The notes below the pieces were generated by a model, which saw only the letters and a program-made list of their open reading frames with translations, made no database searches and was not told the DNA's origin. The translations under genes and the position numbers were made by a program. Positions 56,357-64,000 of a DNA stretch of 64,000 nt are shown piece after piece. Numbering within the stretch: the stretch's first letter is position 1; the number at the start of each line of letters is the position of its first letter. The stretch comes from Candidatus Levybacteria bacterium GW2011_GWA1_37_16 (lineage in GTDB: Bacteria > Patescibacteriota > Microgenomatia > Levybacterales > UBA12049), in NCBI GenBank assembly GCA_943357985.1, contig CALRGR010000004.1, forward strand, positions 1,238 through 65,237. The letters are read 5' to 3'.

Positions 56357-57189
56357 CTTAAGCTTAAAGAATTTATGCTCTTAGTATACCCTATCACAAC
56401 TTCCCTTGCTTTTTCATCAAAATCTTTATCGGATGAAGCAAAAATTATACTTCTTGATGCACTAATTAAAAAATTATCTTTTCTGAAAATTTTAAGATTT
56501 TTTATTTCTCCTCCCTGAGCTCCTAGTCCGGCTAAAAGGAAAAACTGTTCTTCTCCTGCGATTTTTACAATTTTTCTTAGAATATCCGGGTATGTTAGAG
56601 GAGCTTCAATTAAAATATTTCCTGAGGAATTCCATTGAGTTATCAATTTAGCTACGTGTTCATATAAAAATTTTCCGTTTTCTAGCTTTACATCTTGGAT
56701 ATCTTTTGCGGAAGGATTGGAATCGTGACATATAACAAATACTGCTTTGTCTTTATAGTTCAAAAAAGGCTCAACTGTGTCATATCCAAACCAAGGCGTT
56801 TGAGTAAATGCATCAAATCCAAACTCATCAAACATTTCCCTTGCTACAAGCTCTGCGGTTCTTAGCATCTCACTTTTTTTAACATCTGCCAGTATTTTTA
56901 CAGTAGGATATTTATTTTTGATATATTGATTCGTTAGTATTGCCGCCTCTATTCCTTCTTTTCCTAGGGAATAATAAAAAGCCAAGTTAAGCTTATATGC
57001 AGGGACTATGTCTGCAGTTGCATCAATAATTTTTTTATTAAATTCCAATAGTGTGTCTTTTATAGAGGCTGTTTTAACTGATTGGGGGATTTTATTTATA
57101 TCGGAGTCAAGACCAACGCAAATGTTAGAATTTTTGGACAGAATTTCTTTTTGAATTGATTCTAGAAATCCCGTGTTTATTGTTTTCAT
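56353..57189 (-). CDS. pyrF: orotidine-5'-phosphate decarboxylase, type 2-like
   Basis: N-terminal ICVGLD and later VFVICHDSNPSAKDIQ resemble type 2 OMPDC motifs; could be another KGPDC-superfamily enzyme. Confidence 0.55.
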   Translation of the reverse strand: MKTINTGFLESIQKEILSKNSNICVGLDSDINKIPQSVKTASIKDTLLEFNKKIIDATADIVPAYKLNLAFYYSLGKEGIEAAILTNQYIKNKYPTVKILADVKKSEMLRTAELVAREMFDEFGFDAFTQTPWFGYDTVEPFLNYKDKAVFVICHDSNPSAKDIQDVKLENGKFLYEHVAKLITQWNSSGNILIEAPLTYPDILRKIVKIAGEEQFFLLAGLGAQGGEIKNLKIFRKDNFLISASRSIIFASSDKDFDEKAREVVIGYTKSINSLSLR

Positions 57190-58136
57190 GTAGGATTATT
57201 TCCACCATCTCTTCTAAATAAATCTATAACTCTTGCTAGCCCACTATGTCCGCCTTCGGCTTTTGCCTTTGCGTTTATTCCTTGATAATAATTAGGGTTG
57301 TCAGTATCTATCAAATCAATTGGACTTACTTCTATTCCTGCTTCTTGAAGAGCCGCTATTTTTTCCGGATTATTAGAGAGTAGATTTATTTTATCTATTC
57401 CAAGTAATTCTATAATTATCAATGCTTCTAAGAAATAAAGGTCAGGACGAGAGTCTCTTTTATGTCCCAATGCTTCTACGGTTTCAAAAGTATCCAGAAC
57501 TTCCAATCCTGTCCTTTTCATAAAATTCTGTACCTGTATTTGTTGTACGTGAACTCTTTGTCCATTTCCACGCCCTTCCATAGGACTTAATATTGAGAGT
57601 CCTCTTGGAGATCGCATTATTGCTTTTTTTGCTTTATTTCTTTGTCCTGAGCAATCACATCCTAATCCAGCCTCTCCTGCTGAGGAAATGTGGCCTCCAT
57701 CATACATAGAAGTTTTACAAACGGAATCTATTCTTATGGTCATAGGAGTTTCGTCTTCGCTTGCTGGGCTGTGAATAAGAATCTGATATCCGTCTTCTAT
57801 TGTGAATCCGGGAAGATCTACAGCTTCGCCATTTTTTGTTGCATCCTGAGGAAAGAAATGTGCTCTTCCTGTCCATGTGCCGTCACCCATCTCAACATCA
57901 ATTTCTGTATATACGTTTCCCCGGATTTTATGTTGTCCATTTGTTAGTTCGACAAAATATCCTGTAGGAATTTCTGAAATTCCAATTCGTTTTCTATCAA
58001 CGCTTTTTACCACATTTGGTTCTATCCCTAAAGCTAGAAGGTCCTGTCTTTCTGTATGCCTCAGCACGTCAATATGAAATGGCACCTCGCGCAGCGGTTG
58101 GGGTTCTTGTACTTGTCCTGTTTCGCTTATTGCCAT
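57186..58136 (-). CDS. GTP cyclohydrolase II (RibA-family) catalytic domain with ~130-aa unknown N-terminal extension
   Basis: GCDCSGQ zinc site, EGRGNGQ, and GIDKINLLSNNPEKIAALQEAGIEV align with the RibA core (RCDCGFQ...LLTNNPKK). Confidence 0.65.
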   Translation of the reverse strand: MAISETGQVQEPQPLREVPFHIDVLRHTERQDLLALGIEPNVVKSVDRKRIGISEIPTGYFVELTNGQHKIRGNVYTEIDVEMGDGTWTGRAHFFPQDATKNGEAVDLPGFTIEDGYQILIHSPASEDETPMTIRIDSVCKTSMYDGGHISSAGEAGLGCDCSGQRNKAKKAIMRSPRGLSILSPMEGRGNGQRVHVQQIQVQNFMKRTGLEVLDTFETVEALGHKRDSRPDLYFLEALIIIELLGIDKINLLSNNPEKIAALQEAGIEVSPIDLIDTDNPNYYQGINAKAKAEGGHSGLARVIDLFRRDGGNNPT

Positions 58137-58201
58137 AAAAAAACAGAGCGGATTGGGCTCTGGAATTTAACTATAACAGGGCAATTGGTACTCGTCAATA
58201 G

Positions 58202-59035
58202 CTAGTTTTCAATTTTTGCGGCAGTAATTAAATTCGCAAATAAATAGGCAAGGTTTAATGGGCCGACGCCACCTGGGGTTGGAGAATAGTATTTTGCAGC
58301 AATTGAGACTTCTTCTTCGTCAAAATCCGGTTTTAATTTTCCCTCTTCTCTATGAAGACCAATTCCAATTACGACTACCCCTTCTTTAAGCTCGTCGGCA
58401 AAAAATAAATCACTCCTTCCTACTGCGGAAATAATAATATCCGACTTTTTGATAATGTCCGTTGAATTTTCGGTTTTTGAATCAACGATTAGGGGTTGAA
58501 CCCCTAATTCTTTTAGTCCGTCGATGACTGGTTGGCCGGCAGTTTCTCCTTTGCCTAAAACAGCTATCTTTTGGGATTTTAACCATTCTGTGAATTGCGG
58601 CTCTCTGTAAATTGTAAATTGTAAATTGTAAATTTCTTTCAGTATGTCTTTTACAGCAAGCCAGACCGGAGGTTTAAAGAGAGAGTTTTTAATAAATCCA
58701 TCAATGTCTTTTTTAGGTGATACTGCATAAATCACCTTGTCTTTTTTAATATGCTTTGTTAGTGGTCTCTGCACGATAATCCCAGTTATTTTGGGATTGT
58801 TATTCAGTTCTTCAATGACTTTGATTAGTTTGTCTTCTGCCGGATCCTTAATGTTTATTAGTTCCGTCGAGACTCCAAGTTCCTTGGCAAGTTTTATTTT
58901 TTGTTTTACGTAATGTTCCCAGGCATCTTCGGGTCCCAAGGTGACAATTGCAAGAGTGAGTTGAGGCAGGTTTGTAAGTTCGTTTCTTAGTTCGCCAAAG
59001 ACTTTTTCGGCAAGTACTTTACCATCAATTTTCAT
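58202..59035 (-). CDS. folD: bifunctional methylenetetrahydrofolate dehydrogenase/cyclohydrolase
   Basis: FolD motifs (GIIVQRPL, GKGETAGQP, PTPGGVGP). Confidence 0.9.
   Translation of the reverse strand: MKIDGKVLAEKVFGELRNELTNLPQLTLAIVTLGPEDAWEHYVKQKIKLAKELGVSTELINIKDPAEDKLIKVIEELNNNPKITGIIVQRPLTKHIKKDKVIYAVSPKKDIDGFIKNSLFKPPVWLAVKDILKEIYNLQFTIYREPQFTEWLKSQKIAVLGKGETAGQPVIDGLKELGVQPLIVDSKTENSTDIIKKSDIIISAVGRSDLFFADELKEGVVVIGIGLHREEGKLKPDFDEEEVSIAAKYYSPTPGGVGPLNLAYLFANLITAAKIEN
58607..58634. repeat. tandem heptamer GTAAATT x4 inside the folD coding sequence
   Basis: Direct reading; 28 nt, frame currently intact (encodes EIYNLQFTIY). Confidence 0.8.
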
Positions 59036-59051
59036 AGTTCGATGTCACTCG

Positions 59052-61532
59052 CTATGACCCTTCAATGCAGGTTGCGGCGGCAACATGATCAGAAGTCGAG
59101 GAGAAGCGCATCAGAATTACTCCTTGCGTATCTCTTGCGAGTTTTGGAATTGAAGAAATAGAAATTTTTACAATCTGGCCTTTTTGAGAAGTTATAATAA
59201 GTTCCGTGCTTTTGTTCGGAATAATTTCCGAAAACGCGACTTTTCCAGTTTTCGTTGAAACCTTTGCAACCTTTACTCCCTGCCCTCCTCTTGTCTGTGC
59301 TCTAAAGCTGTCAACTGTAGTCTTTTTACCTAATCCGTTTTCCATAATTGTTAGAAGGTCTGGTTTTTCACTTTTTTTAATAACTGCCATAGTAATTACT
59401 TCATCAGTTTTCCCTATTTTAATTCCCCTAACTCCCCTAGCGCCTCTTCCCATAGGTCTTACTTCCTCTTCTTTAAATCTAATTGCTTTTCCTTCTTTTG
59501 TAACAATTAGAACCGTATCGTCTCCGCTTGTTAAATTGCTCCATACTAATTCGTCTCCGCCGTCAAGTTTTATTGACAGAATTCCGGTTCTTCTTATATG
59601 TTCAAATTCTGAAAGTTTAGATTTTTTGACGGTTCCTTTTCGTGTTGTCAAAAATACATGTCCGCCTTTTGTCTCTTTTCCGTAGACTATAAAGCTTTCT
59701 ACCTTTTCTCCCTGTTCTATATTTAATAAATTTACAATTGCTGTTCCCTTGCTTGTTCTTGAGCTTTCTGAAATATCATAAGCGCGCAGTTGATAGACCT
59801 TTCCTTTATTTGTAAAAAACAAAATATTATCATGTGTTTGTGCAAATCTAATGTGGGAAATTGCGTCTTCATCCTTTGTGGTCATTCCTCTAATTCCTTT
59901 TCCACCCCGGTGTTGGATCGTGAAACTCGTCAACCCTTGGCGCTTAATGTATCCTGTGCCGGTCATAGTAATAACCGTTGGTTCATTTGGGATTAGGTCT
60001 TCGTCTGAAAATTCGTCAACTTTGCTTTTGTAAACCTTAGTTCTTCTCTCATCTCCAAATTTTTCCTTAAGTTTATCTAGCTCTCCTTTTATAACATCAA
60101 GAATCTTTTCAGGATGTGCAAGGAGATTTTCAATATACTCAATTGTTTCTTTGATCATTTGGTATTCATCTTCAATTTTTTGTCTTTCAAGCGCGGCCAA
60201 TCGTCTTAACTGTAGATCCAAAATTGCGATTGATTGGAGTTCGCTGAGCTTAAATTTAGTTATTAAGTTTTTCTTTGCGTCTTCTTGATCTTTTGATTCC
60301 CTAATAGTTTTAATAACGGCATCTAAATTATCAACTGCGATTTTAAGACCTTCTAATATATGAAGTCTTGCTTTTGCCTGTTTTAGCTCAAACTCACTTC
60401 TTCTTTTTACAACGTCATATCTGTGTTTTAGGTATTCTTCTAAAATTGTTTTAAGATTTAATGTTTGTGGGGTTCCATCAACAAGAGCTACTATGTTTGC
60501 CGGAAATGTTGTTTGAAGGCTTGTGTGTTTGAAAAGATTATTCAGAACCTTTCTTGGAGTTGCATCACGCTTTAGTTCAATTACTACTCTCATTCCGTGT
60601 CTGTCCGACTCGTCCCGAAGGTCTGTAATTCCCTCAATTTTTTTATCCTTTGCAAGCTCTGCAATTCTTGCGACAAGAAGAGCCTTATTTACCTGATAAG
60701 GAAGCTCTGTAATTATGATTGCGCTTTTTCCATTTCCAATGTCTTCAATGTCTGCTTTTCCTCTAATTAAAATTCTTCCACGTCCTGTTGCGTAAACATT
60801 TCTGATTTCTGCAATATCATAAATTGCTCCTCTTGTTGGAAAGTCCGGACCTTTTATGTACTGCAGTAATTCGTCAATTGTTGTATCAGACGTAAGAGTT
60901 ACTTTGCTGCTTTTTTCGTCCCTGGAAAACTTTGTTTTTCCTATCATGAAATTGACCGCGTCCAAAACCTCGCTTAAATTATGTGGCGGAATTTTGGTTG
61001 CCATTCCAACCGCAATGCCTTCACTTCCCATAAGAAGAAGGTTTGGCAGCTTTGCCGGCATATAAACGGGTTCTTTAAGAGTTGCATCAAAATTTTCTAT
61101 AAAATCTACTGTTTCTTTATCTAGGTCATAGAGAATTTCAGCAGATATTGCGGCCAGTCTTGCCTCGGTATACCTCATAGCGGCTGGTGGATCTCCGTCA
61201 ATAGAGCCAAAGTTTCCCTGCCCGTCAATAAGTGGGTATCTAACAGAAAAATCTTGAGCAAGACGTACCAACGCGTCATAAATTGGCATATCCCCATGAG
61301 GATGGAATTTTCCCATTACTTCTCCGACAATCTTTGCGCTTTTTGAATGCCTTGTTGAATGAGTAAGCCCCATTTCATGCATTGCGTAGAGAATTCTCCT
61401 GTGTACGGGCTTTAGTCCATCCCTGATATCAGGAAGTGCACGTGAGACAATAACAGACATAGCGTAATCCAAATACGCCCGCTTCATTTCATCGGCTATT
61501 CCCGTTTGTTGTAATTTACCTATTGCTGCCAT
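59052..61532 (-). CDS. gyrA: DNA gyrase subunit A
   Basis: 826 aa; AAMRYTE active-site Tyr region; GyrA box and beta-pinwheel C-terminal domain. Confidence 0.95.
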   Translation of the reverse strand: MAAIGKLQQTGIADEMKRAYLDYAMSVIVSRALPDIRDGLKPVHRRILYAMHEMGLTHSTRHSKSAKIVGEVMGKFHPHGDMPIYDALVRLAQDFSVRYPLIDGQGNFGSIDGDPPAAMRYTEARLAAISAEILYDLDKETVDFIENFDATLKEPVYMPAKLPNLLLMGSEGIAVGMATKIPPHNLSEVLDAVNFMIGKTKFSRDEKSSKVTLTSDTTIDELLQYIKGPDFPTRGAIYDIAEIRNVYATGRGRILIRGKADIEDIGNGKSAIIITELPYQVNKALLVARIAELAKDKKIEGITDLRDESDRHGMRVVIELKRDATPRKVLNNLFKHTSLQTTFPANIVALVDGTPQTLNLKTILEEYLKHRYDVVKRRSEFELKQAKARLHILEGLKIAVDNLDAVIKTIRESKDQEDAKKNLITKFKLSELQSIAILDLQLRRLAALERQKIEDEYQMIKETIEYIENLLAHPEKILDVIKGELDKLKEKFGDERRTKVYKSKVDEFSDEDLIPNEPTVITMTGTGYIKRQGLTSFTIQHRGGKGIRGMTTKDEDAISHIRFAQTHDNILFFTNKGKVYQLRAYDISESSRTSKGTAIVNLLNIEQGEKVESFIVYGKETKGGHVFLTTRKGTVKKSKLSEFEHIRRTGILSIKLDGGDELVWSNLTSGDDTVLIVTKEGKAIRFKEEEVRPMGRGARGVRGIKIGKTDEVITMAVIKKSEKPDLLTIMENGLGKKTTVDSFRAQTRGGQGVKVAKVSTKTGKVAFSEIIPNKSTELIITSQKGQIVKISISSIPKLARDTQGVILMRFSSTSDHVAAATCIEGS

Positions 61533-61535
61533 AAA

Positions 61536-62048
61536 TTATTCGCTTTTCCTTAGAGACTTTTTAATGTCTGCTAAAGCTTCCGCTTTCCCCTTCCATTCTT
61601 TGATTTTTACCCATTTGCCGGGTTCTGTTTTTTTGTAATTTTCAAAAAAGTATTTTATGTCGTCTTTTATTTTTTGCGGAATGTCATTAACGTCATTATA
61701 CTCGGCAAACTTTTTATCAACTTTTGGCATTGGAACTGCGACTATTTTGTTATCTAGGCCTGCTTCATCTTCCATTTCTAGCATTCCAATTGGTCTGCTT
61801 GGAATTACAACTCCTGGGACAACTGGTTTACTGGATAAAACTAAAACATCAACTGCGTCTCCGTCATCTGCCAAAGTGTCAGGTACAAAGCCGTAATTAA
61901 AGGGATATTCCATTTCCGTAAACAAAAATCTGTCTACAAAAATAACTCCACTTTCTTTATCAAGCTCATATTTGACAGATACTCCTTGTGGAATTTCAAT
62001 AAAAACATTTATTTCTTCCGGTGGGTTTTTCCCCGCTGTTACTTTCAT
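61536..62048 (-). CDS. ppa: inorganic pyrophosphatase
   Basis: Family I PPase motifs ([13 protein letters not shown]). Confidence 0.9.
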   Translation of the reverse strand: MKVTAGKNPPEEINVFIEIPQGVSVKYELDKESGVIFVDRFLFTEMEYPFNYGFVPDTLADDGDAVDVLVLSSKPVVPGVVIPSRPIGMLEMEDEAGLDNKIVAVPMPKVDKKFAEYNDVNDIPQKIKDDIKYFFENYKKTEPGKWVKIKEWKGKAEALADIKKSLRKSE

Positions 62049-62626
62049 TAGTTAACGTCACCTCCTATCGAAGGATGATGCGCTAAATGAAAATTCAAGC
62101 TAAATTTTAACTGTCTTAATAGATTTGGATCATTTGGGACAAATAATCCTTTTGTTTCTTGGTCTGATGTAGTCTCAGTCCAATCAGATGCAAGAATATC
62201 TGTTCCAGATTCGTCTATTCCTAATGTCTCTAAGCCTTCAGAATCGTTATATAAGCTTGAGACAAAAGTTTTACTAGTATCCCTTAATGACACTTTCATT
62301 TCTCCGGTTATTTCTTTCCCCCGGTATTTAATCGGAGTTGCTACTGAGACGGACAATTCATATAGCTCGTTTTCTCTTACTGTTCCCAATGTTGAGGGCG
62401 ATGTTGTTCCATCGGGACTCAAAACGAATACAGGCGTATCTTTTAATTTTTCGTCAAGTGGCGTTTTGTATCTTGATAGCCACAAGCTTTCAAAAAATCC
62501 ATCGCCTATATTTGTCATAGGATATTGAATATGTTCCATTTCATGATCTGATGTATGTTCTGGTACATCTGCTTTTTTGACTAGCGCTATATCACCTCTA
62601 AATAATTCTTTTCCGTGAAATTCCAT
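62048..62626 (-). CDS. hypothetical protein (192 aa) between gyrB and ppa
   Basis: ORF with ATGA overlap. Confidence 0.45.
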   Translation of the reverse strand: MEFHGKELFRGDIALVKKADVPEHTSDHEMEHIQYPMTNIGDGFFESLWLSRYKTPLDEKLKDTPVFVLSPDGTTSPSTLGTVRENELYELSVSVATPIKYRGKEITGEMKVSLRDTSKTFVSSLYNDSEGLETLGIDESGTDILASDWTETTSDQETKGLFVPNDPNLLRQLKFSLNFHLAHHPSIGGDVN

Positions 62627-62627
62627 A

Positions 62628-64000
<1,373 letters not shown>

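Overview
This is an AT-rich (roughly 38-40% GC by eye), very gene-dense bacterial chromosomal segment. It carries about 90 genes, mostly housekeeping: translation, replication, nucleotide and folate metabolism, and cell envelope. Several traits suggest a reduced-genome bacterium of the Patescibacteria/CPR kind, by inference only: ribosomal proteins with long charged tails, many small secreted or membrane hypotheticals, an rpsB-tsf-[unknown]-frr cluster with no pyrH, and ATGA start/stop overlaps.

The main points are:
- A pyrimidine-deoxynucleotide/thymidylate/folate supercluster at 236-8002 (dcd, tmk, a second Dcd/Dut-family paralog, thyA, folA, a cmk-like kinase, glyA), interrupted by four unknown ORFs.
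- A T-box-like leader whose terminator helix also sequesters the Shine-Dalgarno, in front of a CsaA-like tRNA-binding protein plus proS.
- Two adjacent minus-strand tRNA(CAA)-like genes, one of them abnormally long at the 5' side.
- An unlisted SIMPL/DUF541 gene convergent with a tyrosine recombinase; its frame carries an in-frame TAA at codon 4.
- An ~820-bp non-coding block and a frameshifted ORF upstream of that recombinase.
- A RibA-like GTP cyclohydrolase II with a novel N-terminal domain, sitting next to pyrF and folD.
- At least three families of short GC-rich repeats, some inserted in-frame inside dnaX, an rluA-family gene, rpsB and folA. This is reminiscent of Rickettsia palindromic elements.

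No CRISPR array, cas gene, rRNA, reverse transcriptase or obvious restriction-modification or toxin-antitoxin module was recognisable. The candidate novel biology is therefore the unknown ORFs embedded in the nucleotide cluster, the T-box, the SIMPL/recombinase/non-coding locus and the in-frame GC-rich elements. No tools were run; every call is by eye.
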